Below, in pieces: positions 8,831-18,857 of a stretch of DNA of 64,000 nt. The notes below the pieces were generated by a model. That model saw nothing but the letters and a program-made list of their open reading frames with translations. It had not been told where the DNA came from and made no database searches. This stretch comes from Promethearchaeota archaeon (lineage in GTDB: Archaea > Asgardarchaeota > Lokiarchaeia > Sigyniarchaeales > SOKP01). The number at the start of each line of letters is the position of its first letter. The stretch's first letter is position 1. The stretch is taken from assembly GCA_048938005.1 (NCBI GenBank), contig JBHLMQ010000013.1:1-64000 (forward strand), read 5' to 3'. The translations under genes were made by a program, and so were the position numbers.

Positions 8831-10036
8831 ATGATTATGGATTATTTTGAAGAATTGTTAAAAAGACCATCATTATTTAGGGATGAAAGTAAGCTTGATT
8901 TAAATTATGTTCCAAAAGAATTGCCACATAGAGAGAAAGAACTTTCACTATTATCTCAACTTTTTTTGGGAGTAATTACTAATCCAAATTCAATATCAAG
9001 AAAAATTTTAATAACAGGCAAAACTGGGATAGGAAAAACCGTGACTGTAAAATTATTTGGAGAAATATTAGAAAAGGCCTCAGAAGAAAGAAATGTAAAT
9101 ATAAAATATATTCATGTCAATTGTAGAAAAGAAAGGACCAGCTATAAAGTATTAATTAAGATTATTCAATTAATAGATAAGGGATTTCCAAAAAGAGGTT
9201 ATTCTTCACAAGACTTATTAGATATTCTTATTGATTTACTTCATCGTCAAAATTTACATATATTAATCGTTTTAGATGAACTAAGTTATCTGATAAATAA
9301 GCATGAAGATTTAATTTATTCATTAACTCGGATTAATGATGACTCCTTAAAAGGGGATCAGAGGATATCTCTTATCGGAATTGTAAGAGATATTTCATGT
9401 TTAAATAATTTAGATAACAGTACATTGAGTACTTTACAAAGAAATATTATAAAATTTAAAAGATATTCTAAAGATCAAATTTTTGACATATTAAAATATA
9501 GAGCGAGAATTAGTCTTAAAGAAAATGTATTATCTGATAAATTGATAGAAATGATATCAATTATCACCTTTAATACCGATGATATTAGATATGGCTTAAA
9601 CATTATATGGAGAGGTTGTAAGATTGCTGAGAGTAAAAGCATGAACTATATAAATGCTGAATGTATTAGACTAGGCAACCAAGATTTGCTCCCTTTTTCA
9701 ACATTGGACATTTTAAAATATATGAATTCACAAAAATTAATTTTCTTACTTGCTATTATTAAGGCTTTAAAAATTAGTAATAATATTGAAATTTCATTTA
9801 TAGAAGCCTTACAAATATATAATATAGTATGTGAAAATATAGGAATAAAGGCCAGATCTCATTCTCAATTATGGAATTATCTCCAAGAATTGAATCGAGA
9901 AAATATCATATTAATCAAGGTTATAAGTGAAGGAATAAAAGGTAGACACACAATAATTAATGTTACAGATTTAAGTCTACCTAATTTAGAAAAGAATATA
10001 ATAGAAATATTAAATTCAAAAGGATTTAAAATATGA
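8831..10036 (+). CDS. cdc6: Orc1/Cdc6 replication initiator
   Basis: YVPKELPHREKEL, Walker A GKTGIGKT, Walker B IVLDE, C-terminal winged helix. Confidence 0.95.
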   Translation: MIMDYFEELLKRPSLFRDESKLDLNYVPKELPHREKELSLLSQLFLGVITNPNSISRKILITGKTGIGKTVTVKLFGEILEKASEERNVNIKYIHVNCRKERTSYKVLIKIIQLIDKGFPKRGYSSQDLLDILIDLLHRQNLHILIVLDELSYLINKHEDLIYSLTRINDDSLKGDQRISLIGIVRDISCLNNLDNSTLSTLQRNIIKFKRYSKDQIFDILKYRARISLKENVLSDKLIEMISIITFNTDDIRYGLNIIWRGCKIAESKSMNYINAECIRLGNQDLLPFSTLDILKYMNSQKLIFLLAIIKALKISNNIEISFIEALQIYNIVCENIGIKARSHSQLWNYLQELNRENIILIKVISEGIKGRHTIINVTDLSLPNLEKNIIEILNSKGFKI

Positions 10037-10326
10037 GTCTCAATAGTGTAGAAAAAACAAATAAAATTGAGGAAATATTAGGGTCAAGAGCTAGAGTGAA
10101 AATCTTAAAGACTCTAGCAATAAATGAAGAATTAACGATTTCATTAATCATTAATAAGACCAGATTGAACTATTCTTGCGTTATAAAACATTTAAATTAC
10201 CTCAAAACAATTAATTTGATCCAAGAAAAGAAATTTGGTAGAATAAAAATCTTCAGATTTAAATTAGAAAATATGAAAGCAAGAAGTTTTAAAAAATTTT
10301 TAGAAATTTGGGAAGGCGATTTTTAA
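10033..10326 (+). CDS. ArsR-like winged-helix protein
   Basis: LGSRARVKILKTL...HLNYLKTINLIQEKKFGRIKIF; ATGA overlap with cdc6. Confidence 0.85.
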   Translation: MSLNSVEKTNKIEEILGSRARVKILKTLAINEELTISLIINKTRLNYSCVIKHLNYLKTINLIQEKKFGRIKIFRFKLENMKARSFKKFLEIWEGDF

Positions 10327-10330
10327 TTAT

Positions 10331-10998
10331 ATGGGATTAACAATCTTTTTAATAAGTTTTTATTATATCAACATTATATTTGCTATTGAATTATATTATG
10401 ATTTGAAATTTCGTAAAGTGTCAAATAAACTCTTTAAATATGCTTTTAAATGTAGTTTTGTACTAATTATATTAGAGTTTATATTAAGTCCTAATAGTAT
10501 CTTTGAATTTTTAGTAGTAAAATTTTTTTTTTTATATTTGCTTTTCTTCCTTCATTCATATTATATAATTTAAAAATAATAGGTGGAAGCGATGGAAAGT
10601 TAATAATTTTAATTTTTATTACTTATCCAATAAAATTTTTAAATTTTTATTTTGTTCCTTTTTTCTTTTTGTTATTTTCATTATTTTTCGTTTTAATGTT
10701 CATAACAAAGTATTTAATAAACAGTGTTTTTAGAGACAAATACTCATTCATTGTTTTTTTAAACTCAAATTTAAAATACTCTGTATTTAAAAGATTTTAT
10801 ATTAAAAGTTTCTATAAATTCATTGATTATTCAAAATTAAGTGAATATAATGAAGAGAAAAGTCTAATTAAGTCGGTATTTTTAGTCTTTAATAATAAAA
10901 AGAGAGTAATCCAAGTTTTAGTCCAAACTCGTCCTCCACTTATTATATTAATTACTCTAGCTTATCTATCAATTAGTATTTTAAATTTAGTTGTTTAA
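10331..10998 (+). pseudogene. A24 prepilin peptidase split by a frameshift at T11 (10523-10533)
   Basis: First catalytic Asp motif YYDLKFRKVSN in the 10331 frame; second motif IIGGSDGK (10576-10599) in the frame of ORF 10669-10998; one extra T joins them. Confidence 0.75.
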
Positions 10999-11082
10999 TT
11001 AATTTATTTCGAATTAATTTTAAATTAAATAATTTTTATTAAATTAATGAGTTTTAATTATTTTCAATGTGAAAAATAAAAG

Positions 11083-11475
11083 ATGGAGATTGAAAAAACA
11101 AGAGAAACTTCATGGAAAATACAATTAAAAAACAAAAGTGAAAATATTGAAATAACTTCTGTAGAGATTAGTGGTGAAGTTCGCATCATTAAACTAGCAC
11201 TTATAAATAGTGATAATTCTGTCAAAGTTGAAATGAATAAAGAAGAGTTTTTTAATTTTCTTTCACTGATTTCAGCTTTTAAAGATGTTGTTATTGGAGA
11301 AGAATCCATTACATTATTAGATGAATTGAACTCGATTGAAGATGAAACAGAAAAAATTAAAGAGGTTCCCGAATTAGATGATGAATTATATCATATTAGT
11401 ACCGAATCAGATGAAGAAAATCTTGAAAACAATGATAAGGAAGAGTTAAATCCAGAAGAATGGGATCCTTGGTGA
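11083..11475 (+). CDS. Hypothetical protein with acidic tail ending EEWDPW
   Basis: 130 aa; beta-rich N-domain and D/E-rich C-terminal tail. Confidence 0.7.
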   Translation: MEIEKTRETSWKIQLKNKSENIEITSVEISGEVRIIKLALINSDNSVKVEMNKEEFFNFLSLISAFKDVVIGEESITLLDELNSIEDETEKIKEVPELDDELYHISTESDEENLENNDKEELNPEEWDPW

Positions 11476-11485
11476 ATAACCTCAT

Positions 11486-11974
11486 TTATTTTATTCTTTC
11501 AATTTTGAATTCACAGGAATCTAAGTTTAAATCCTCTAAACAACATTTTGTTTCAGAAATATTGACTCTATAAAGTGCAAACTCTCCAATACCTGTTAAT
11601 AATCCTGTTATAAAATAACAAAAATACTTTGATTTATTTTCTAATTCTGAGGAAATGTTATGAAAAAGATTTATAATAATTAAGTCCTCAGTAATTTGTT
11701 TAGATACAAATCGACCCCATCCATGATTACTTAATATATTACAACATTGATTTACTAAATCTTCTAATGCTTTTGGTTTTAAATTCTCATCCCAATTTTG
11801 TACTAATGTCCAACCTGCTTTTTTACCTAGCCAGACTAATAAAGATTTTACTCCCTCCCCATAAATTGAGGATAAGATATCGATTACTTGAGGGGGAAAA
11901 AAAACAAACCGATCATTATAAAGGTGGTATGTACCTTTGCTATATTTGAGTCCTTTTAATTTTAAATTTCTCAT
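11486..11974 (-). CDS. V4R-domain (Bet3/TRAPP-like fold) protein
   Basis: LGKKAG, GWGRF, CYFITGLLTG, ETKC...CEF. Confidence 0.85.
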   Translation of the reverse strand: MRNLKLKGLKYSKGTYHLYNDRFVFFPPQVIDILSSIYGEGVKSLLVWLGKKAGWTLVQNWDENLKPKALEDLVNQCCNILSNHGWGRFVSKQITEDLIIINLFHNISSELENKSKYFCYFITGLLTGIGEFALYRVNISETKCCLEDLNLDSCEFKIERIK

Positions 11975-12151
11975 AATTATAATCAGCGTTTTTTCTTATA
12001 TAATTTTTTCTAACAATTCCAAAGTTTACATAAATTTAGGCAATGTTAAGGATATTAAAATATATTATGAAAATCAATACAATAAATTCATTTTTATATA
12101 ATATAACAATATGGGCTCTTTAAATAATTTATAAATGATCTATCATAGAGG

Positions 12152-12451
12152 ATGTGGGAGTTTAATATTTTATTATGTGAGATTTTATTGATTTTGGGCA
12201 TTTTTATATTTGTGTTTATATATTCTGCAATTTCAGTTGATAAAATAACATCTTTAACTTCTTTCTTAGTCTTTCTAATTCTATTAATTCCGTTTTATAT
12301 AGTATTAGAAAAATTAGAAATTTTAGCGTTTATTAATAATTTTGAGAACATAACATTTTTCAAATTTATTTTTTTTTACGCTACACTTATTACTCTTTTT
12401 ATTGGGATATATTTTGTGATTGAATTAATCTATCTTTTTATTTTTTCTTAG
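12152..12451 (+). CDS. Small membrane protein
   Basis: Three hydrophobic segments. Confidence 0.6.
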   Translation: MWEFNILLCEILLILGIFIFVFIYSAISVDKITSLTSFLVFLILLIPFYIVLEKLEILAFINNFENITFFKFIFFYATLITLFIGIYFVIELIYLFIFS

Positions 12452-12469
12452 TAAGAAAATCGACTACCT

Positions 12470-14008
12470 TTAAATAAAACTTAATGCATTTAAAAAGGTT
12501 GAAATAAAAGTTAAGATGAATATAAGGTTGGAAAGAAAAATTATTAAGAATTTCTTTTGATAATTAATAATTTTTAGAAAGTAATAGGAGGTTATTGAAA
12601 TACTTGATACAAATATAAAGTTTATTACGATTATATAGTAAATATTTATAAGATTATGGAATTCAATTAAAACTATATGATTATTTGAATTTATGTTTCT
12701 TGATATTAATAGAAAAAAAGGAAACATACCAGAAATTGCCCCAATTAAAATGGGTAATAGAAATATAAAGAAAAATATTTTAAACTTCTCCCCCTTTATA
12801 ATGACTTCTAATTTTTTTTCTAGACTTTGATGTTTTTGAATAACATCTAAAATATCGAAGATTTTTTCTGAAGAATAATTAGCATTTTCTATGACAAATT
12901 TTTCAATTGCATCCAAAATTATACTATATTTTATAGATTTTAATTCTAATTTCAGAAAATGTATCATGTCTTTAAAGGTATAATTAAAATTTAAGAGATT
13001 AAATATTTGATTTTTTACAGGGTGCTCAAGTGATTTAAAAATATTTTTATTCTGTTTGTATGATTTAAGGAAAGCTATTTCAGGAGAAATGTTATTTTTT
13101 AAATTTATAGCAAAGCTCTTTAAAAGTAATAAAAATTCGTTAAATCTCCTCTTTTCTAAATTTGAATATTCACGTAAAATTCCAATCATATAAGAGTCTT
13201 TTTTTAAAAATTTGCGAAATAAAAGATGTAGAAAATATAAAAAGAAAGGAATTACACAAATTAGAATTAACAGGTTTATTAAACTGAATAAGATCAAAAA
13301 ACATAGGCCAATTGGAAAAAAAATACCAACAAAAAAAAGAATACTGATTTTTGATTGAATACCTCTCAGATAGATTTTAAAGTTCTTTTCTAATTTATTA
13401 TCTTTAAAATCGTTAAACATTTTATTATTATCGAAATTATTAATTAATAAGTTTTTTAGATATTGATTAAAATCTTCTGATGGAGTTATTAATTTTGTTA
13501 ATTCAACTTCAGGAATATTACCTTCATGAATTCTTGTTAGAATATCCTTAAAATTACCTAAAAATGGATTTTTATATCCAATAATTAATTTTATAAAATT
13601 TAAACAATAATCAGAATTATTATTCAGTGATTTTTGAATTAGAGAAAAATTAATCTTGATTATATAGAGAATGGCATTAATTATTGATTCTTTTCTATTT
13701 ATTTCATGATAGAGAATTAAACTAAATCGATATGAGAGAATAAGTGATAAAATCGCCGAATATAAGAGTATTATTGAAATATTAATGTCTAGTAGGACTA
13801 TTGACAATATTACAAAAATGCTAAAAGAGGATAAATTAATGATAAAACTCGCTTTATTAATATCATCTTCATCAATGTCGTATAGTTTTCTATATAAATA
13901 ACTATATCTTTCATTTAGTACCTTAAATTTTAATTTGGGTAAATTAAAATTATGAAATTTTCTACAAAAGTGAAGATAATTTTCAAGATTTTTCATATAA
14001 TTAAACAT
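12470..14008 (-). CDS. Pilus assembly platform membrane protein (TadB/TadC/ArlJ-like)
   Basis: Two repeats of TM pair plus cytoplasmic helical domain (RIHEGNIPEVEL; LKNNISPEIAF); downstream of a secretion ATPase. Confidence 0.7.
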   Translation of the reverse strand: MFNYMKNLENYLHFCRKFHNFNLPKLKFKVLNERYSYLYRKLYDIDEDDINKASFIINLSSFSIFVILSIVLLDINISIILLYSAILSLILSYRFSLILYHEINRKESIINAILYIIKINFSLIQKSLNNNSDYCLNFIKLIIGYKNPFLGNFKDILTRIHEGNIPEVELTKLITPSEDFNQYLKNLLINNFDNNKMFNDFKDNKLEKNFKIYLRGIQSKISILFFVGIFFPIGLCFLILFSLINLLILICVIPFFLYFLHLLFRKFLKKDSYMIGILREYSNLEKRRFNEFLLLLKSFAINLKNNISPEIAFLKSYKQNKNIFKSLEHPVKNQIFNLLNFNYTFKDMIHFLKLELKSIKYSIILDAIEKFVIENANYSSEKIFDILDVIQKHQSLEKKLEVIIKGEKFKIFFFIFLLPILIGAISGMFPFFLLISRNINSNNHIVLIEFHNLINIYYIIVINFIFVSSISITSYYFLKIINYQKKFLIIFLSNLIFILTFISTFLNALSFI

Positions 14009-14009
14009 T

Positions 14010-14432
14010 TCAATGTATATTAATAATATTGACTCGCGTAAAGAATGAATAACAAGAAATATTTAGAAGATATATTTGAGGGGGAATTCTGTAGAAGCAA
14101 CAATTTATAAAAGTTAAATTATATTCTATCAATTTGTAGCGAGTTTTATTTTCAATGAGAAACTCGTATTTAATAATGTGGTCATAAATTGTAATATTTA
14201 AATTATTTGGATATTTTATCTTCTTAAGATATTCTTGATTTGGATTTTGGGCCACATAAGTAATTCCTTGGTCAATTTCATCAATAAAAATCAAGTATGC
14301 TTCTAATGTTTTCTTCTCATTCTGATTAAACTCTGCAATTTCTCCTAAATAGGGAACCACTATAGAAGAAAAAATTGTCAAAGTAAAAATCCCAAAACCT
14401 ATTAATAAGGATTTTTCAATTAAATTTGTCAT
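14010..14432 (-). CDS. Pilin-like protein lacking a class III leader
   Basis: MTNLIE followed by a hydrophobic helix and a beta-rich domain; between ATPase and platform genes. Confidence 0.6.
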   Translation of the reverse strand: MTNLIEKSLLIGFGIFTLTIFSSIVVPYLGEIAEFNQNEKKTLEAYLIFIDEIDQGITYVAQNPNQEYLKKIKYPNNLNITIYDHIIKYEFLIENKTRYKLIEYNLTFINCCFYRIPPQIYLLNISCYSFFTRVNIINIH

Positions 14433-14448
14433 ATAGTTGAATACAAAT

Positions 14449-16629
14449 TTAAAAATTTAAACTTCGATTCTTTTTATAGTCATGCCAAAAGTTATTTAAT
14501 GCTTCAATAGAAGTTAATGAATAATAGGAAATTTTATGAAAGAAATCTATTAATTTTAAATTTTCAATTTTATTAATTCTTAAGAGAAATTCGAATATTT
14601 CATTATAGATTTTAATAAATATTAACAAACGTTCACTACTCAAATTTTCGTATTTTTTTGTTTCTAAAATCACATTTGTTTCAGAAAGAGATTTAGTTAA
14701 TAACCACTTTTTCGTTTCTGGATTATATTCGAATATAGAATTATAAGATTTGTTTTGAGTACCAGGAGATTTACATATTTCAAACACTCCTACGACCTTT
14801 CTCTCATTAAAGTTTTTTTTCATTAGGACAAGTAGATCTAAATCATTTAGACATGCTTTATTTATCTTAAAGTGATAAATAAATCGATTCAAAAGTGAAT
14901 TAATATTTTTAGCATGGATTGTTTGAAATCCTCTTAATCCGGCAGCAAGACAATGAAACATAGCCTCTGCTTCGTCTTTTGTCAGAATTTCACCTAAAAA
15001 GATAATATCGGGTGTTCTGTGTAAAAGAGTTTTAATTTGGTTGCTTTTTGAATATTTTTCTAAAATAGACTCCTCTAATGAATCAACCTTATATTTTAAT
15101 TGGTGCTTTCCATATTCATTTTGATTTAATGACTCTGTGATATTCTCGATATAAATCTTTCTGAATTCTTTTGGTGTTAATAAATCTAATGCATTAATTA
15201 AAGTTGTTTTTCCTGTATCAGTTTCTCCTGTAACTGTTATATTTTTTCTACGAAGGATATTGAAATAAATAAATGATGCCATTAAAGGATCTATAGTTCC
15301 ATTTTTTAGTAAATCCTGTATATTTAGTATGTTCTTATTTAGTTTTCTTATATCTAAAGCAAAATTATTTATTTGAATAGGCTCAACATCAATAGCAAAT
15401 CTACAGTAAAAATATTTATTTTTAAGAACAAATTTTATAATTGGATTCATAAAATCAAGTCTTTTTCCACTGTATAACCTAAATAACGTTTTTATTCGAT
15501 CAATTTCTTTTGAGCTGAATTTTATATCAGTTCGACACCGAGCATAGGAATGGTGATTTATGTAGATCTTATCTTTAGGAGAATCTAAGAATATTTCTTC
15601 TATAAAATCATCAACTAACAATGGGAATAATTTATCTAAATTTAATTTTTTTAATCCTGTTATGAATGCAATCTTCTTTTTAATGGATTCTGGGAAGTTA
15701 TATTTTGAATTTAAAATTTTTATTGATTCACTTTTATACATTTTTATTAAGCTTTCCAAGGGAATTAGTTGATCAAATTCAGCGATTTGGATATTTTGAT
15801 GGATATCTTGAATAATCTTTTCAAAGTAATCCTCCTCAGGTTCACCCTTATAAAAATAGTTGACCTCATATCTTTTTTCAATTTCAGATGAGTTTTCATA
15901 AATATGAACCTTAAAAATATCAAATTTTCCAGTATTATAGGTTTTTAATAGTTTTTCATCTCTAAGTAGGATTTTAGTTTGAGATTCTTGAGTTTTATTT
16001 CCAAAAAATGAATTTCCCAAAAATAGAAATTCATAAAAATTATTGTATCTTTTATGATTTTCAATTTTACTTTCGAAACTTTTAAATTTTTTAATTATTC
16101 TCAAATTATTGAGCAGTTTAAGAAGATCGTTTATTAGAGCTTCAATATAATATTGGCAATTTTGACAAATTGAATCAACGATTTTTTTTTTAATTATGGT
16201 TGATGATCTTTTTATAGTAGTATTATAAACCAAAATTGGATCATAGAACTCATAATCTCTAATTTTATACAAAGAAGAAAAATCTGGGAAGATTTTACAC
16301 TTAAATTCTTTAAATTTACATCTTTGATTCCTTGTTTTCTCTATTTTTTTATTAATCTTTCTAATCTTTTTTAAAATTTTATAATATTCTAAAATTAATT
16401 TAAATTGATGATCACTAATTAAAATCTCGTTCCATGAAATGGAGATATAATTATATTTTCGATCTTTATGTTTATATAAGGTCTTTAAAAAACAGAATTT
16501 ACAATTTTTTGAATTAAAGAAATTTGTTTTCTTTTGTGGGCAGTTATAACAATCTATAACTAAAATAACTTCTTTTTTTCCATCAAAATTTTCTTTTTCT
16601 TTAAAAAATGTTGGATCTTTTAAAGCCAT
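14449..16629 (-). CDS. Type IV pilus/secretion ATPase (TadA/CpaF/ArlI family) with Cys-rich N-terminus
   Basis: IEEIFLD, Walker A GETDTGKTT, Asp box IENITE, Walker B PDIIFLGE, His box FQTIHA. Confidence 0.9.
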   Translation of the reverse strand: MALKDPTFFKEKENFDGKKEVILVIDCYNCPQKKTNFFNSKNCKFCFLKTLYKHKDRKYNYISISWNEILISDHQFKLILEYYKILKKIRKINKKIEKTRNQRCKFKEFKCKIFPDFSSLYKIRDYEFYDPILVYNTTIKRSSTIIKKKIVDSICQNCQYYIEALINDLLKLLNNLRIIKKFKSFESKIENHKRYNNFYEFLFLGNSFFGNKTQESQTKILLRDEKLLKTYNTGKFDIFKVHIYENSSEIEKRYEVNYFYKGEPEEDYFEKIIQDIHQNIQIAEFDQLIPLESLIKMYKSESIKILNSKYNFPESIKKKIAFITGLKKLNLDKLFPLLVDDFIEEIFLDSPKDKIYINHHSYARCRTDIKFSSKEIDRIKTLFRLYSGKRLDFMNPIIKFVLKNKYFYCRFAIDVEPIQINNFALDIRKLNKNILNIQDLLKNGTIDPLMASFIYFNILRRKNITVTGETDTGKTTLINALDLLTPKEFRKIYIENITESLNQNEYGKHQLKYKVDSLEESILEKYSKSNQIKTLLHRTPDIIFLGEILTKDEAEAMFHCLAAGLRGFQTIHAKNINSLLNRFIYHFKINKACLNDLDLLVLMKKNFNERKVVGVFEICKSPGTQNKSYNSIFEYNPETKKWLLTKSLSETNVILETKKYENLSSERLLIFIKIYNEIFEFLLRINKIENLKLIDFFHKISYYSLTSIEALNNFWHDYKKNRSLNF

Positions 16630-16761
16630 TTAAACATTTTTTTCAAAGAAAAATTTAAATAACCCCCTTTTCTCTCTAAGTGAATGTTAATAGATTAAAA
16701 TTTAAATGAAAAAATTTATTTATTTTAAAAAATTCACATCCAAAAGTTGCTGTGATAAATT

Positions 16762-17781
16762 ATGGCTCATCGTAAAAAACATGCACCCAGACACGGATCA
16801 TTGGCATTTCTACCAAGAAAAAGAGCAATACTGATAAAAGCTCGAATAAGACATTGGTTAGACAGTTGGGATGAGATTAATTTCCTTGGTTATGCAGGAT
16901 TTAAAGTAGGAATGACTCATATCACATACATAGAGGATCAAAGAAATAGTCCTTATTATGGAAAAGAATTAATGAAACCAGTTACAATCGTTGAAGTTCC
17001 ACCATTAATTCTAATAGGGATTAGAGTTTATAATAAAGATGAATATGGGAAGTATATTGTTGGAGAATTATATACTAATGAATTTAATAATTATCTATCG
17101 AGAAAAATAAATCTCCCGAATTTAGAAAAATATAATTCTAAAGAAATTAAGAAAGAAATTCTTAAGGAATTAAACAATACAAGTGAAATTAGAGGTATTT
17201 TTCAAACACAGCCATATAAAACATCGATACCTAGAAAAAAACCAGATATTATTGAAATAAAAGTCAATTCAACGAATAATCCCAAAGAAGAATTTAATTT
17301 CGCATATAATCGTTTAGGTAAAGAAATTAGAGTAAGAGATGTTTTAACAGAGGGAGAGTTAATAGATGTAATCGCTGTGACTAAAGGAAAGGGATTTCAA
17401 GGTCCTGTTAAAAGGTTTGGAGTCAAAATTCTTACTCGAAAAAACAATAAAATACGAAGAGCTGTAGCATGTATTGGTCCCTGGCATCCTGCGAGAGTAC
17501 TTTATACAGTTCCACGTGCAGGGCAATTAGGATTTCATCAAAGAACTGAATACCATAAAAGGATCATGCTAATTGGTGAAAATGAGGAAGAAATTAATCC
17601 AAAAGGAGGATTTATTAGATACGGTAAAATTCAAGTAGATTATGTCTTGGTACTAGGTTCTATTCCAGGATCTAGGAAAAGGCTAATTAGATTAAGAAAG
17701 ACAATTAGACCGCTAAAATCGTTTGATTTAAATACTCCAGAGATTACATTCATAAGCCGAGAGAGCCAACAAAGAAAATAG
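16762..17781 (+). CDS. rpl3: 50S ribosomal protein L3
   Basis: PRHGSLAFLPRKRA, GFKVGMTH, TKGKGFQGPVKRFG, GQLGFHQRTE. Confidence 0.98.
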   Translation: MAHRKKHAPRHGSLAFLPRKRAILIKARIRHWLDSWDEINFLGYAGFKVGMTHITYIEDQRNSPYYGKELMKPVTIVEVPPLILIGIRVYNKDEYGKYIVGELYTNEFNNYLSRKINLPNLEKYNSKEIKKEILKELNNTSEIRGIFQTQPYKTSIPRKKPDIIEIKVNSTNNPKEEFNFAYNRLGKEIRVRDVLTEGELIDVIAVTKGKGFQGPVKRFGVKILTRKNNKIRRAVACIGPWHPARVLYTVPRAGQLGFHQRTEYHKRIMLIGENEEEINPKGGFIRYGKIQVDYVLVLGSIPGSRKRLIRLRKTIRPLKSFDLNTPEITFISRESQQRK

Positions 17782-17804
17782 TACTTAAAACTTCAGGTGA
17801 TTTT

Positions 17805-18593
17805 ATGGAAAAAATTAATTTTTACAGTCTAGAGGGTGAGAAAAAAGGACTTATTGATAAACCAAGATTATTTAATTTAAAACCTAGATTAGATCTTATT
17901 AAAATGGCAAGCGTAATTTCTCAAAGTAAAATAAAACAAATCCAGGGAAGAGATTATAGAGCGGGATTAAGAAATACTGCTGAAAGTTGGGGAACGGGTC
18001 ACGGAATTTCTAGAGCTCCAAGAATAAAAGGTAGCGGGTTTATTACAGCTAGACAAGTTGGAAGAGTTCCTTTTGCCAAGGGAGGACGCCGTGCACATCC
18101 AATAAAAGCTGAAAAAAGGAGGAAAAAAAAAATAAACAAACGTGTAAATAAAATATCTGTAATTTCTGCCATTTCAGCTTCTGGAAATAAATTTTGGGTT
18201 AAAAAGAGAGGGTATAATATTGAAAATATACCTGAAATTCCTTTAGTTGTTGACGATAAAATCCAAACTATTAAAAAAACTGTACGAATCTATTCAATAT
18301 TATGTAATTTAGGATTAGAAAAAGATTTAATTAAAATTAAGAATAGTAGATATATTAGAGCAGGAAAGGGTAAATCACGAGGGCGAAAGTATAAAAATAA
18401 AAAGGGTATTTTAATCGTAATTAAAGATGATTTTGGTATTGTTAAAGCTTCAAGAAATATTCCTGGAACAGATGTAATTAAAGTGGAGGATTTATCAATT
18501 AAGAATTTAGCCCCTGGAGGAACATCAGGTAGGTTAATCCTTTGGACTCAATCTGCTTTCAATGAATTAAATAATTATGAGGTGTTAATTTAA
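17805..18593 (+). CDS. rpl4: 50S ribosomal protein L4
   Basis: AESWGTGHGISRAPR, IRAGKGKSRGR, LAPGG. Confidence 0.97.
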   Translation: MEKINFYSLEGEKKGLIDKPRLFNLKPRLDLIKMASVISQSKIKQIQGRDYRAGLRNTAESWGTGHGISRAPRIKGSGFITARQVGRVPFAKGGRRAHPIKAEKRRKKKINKRVNKISVISAISASGNKFWVKKRGYNIENIPEIPLVVDDKIQTIKKTVRIYSILCNLGLEKDLIKIKNSRYIRAGKGKSRGRKYKNKKGILIVIKDDFGIVKASRNIPGTDVIKVEDLSIKNLAPGGTSGRLILWTQSAFNELNNYEVLI

Positions 18594-18857
18594 ATGGAAA
18601 ATTTTTTTAAAATTATTAAAAAACCATTAATTACCGAAAAGACATTTGATTTGATTGAAAAAGAAAATAAGCTGGTATTTATGGTAAATAGAAAGTCAAA
18701 TAAAAGTCAAATTAAGAGAGCTGTCGAAAAAATACATAACGTAAAGGTTATTAAAGTTAATACTATGATTACACCTCAAGGTGAGAAAAAAGCCTTCATC
18801 AAACTTCATCCAGATTATTCTGCTCAAGATATTGCGATTGATTTAGGTATATTTTAG
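18594..18857 (+). CDS. rpl23: 50S ribosomal protein L23
   Basis: PLITEK...NKLVF...KVNTMITPQGEKKAFIKL. Confidence 0.97.
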   Translation: MENFFKIIKKPLITEKTFDLIEKENKLVFMVNRKSNKSQIKRAVEKIHNVKVIKVNTMITPQGEKKAFIKLHPDYSAQDIAIDLGIF

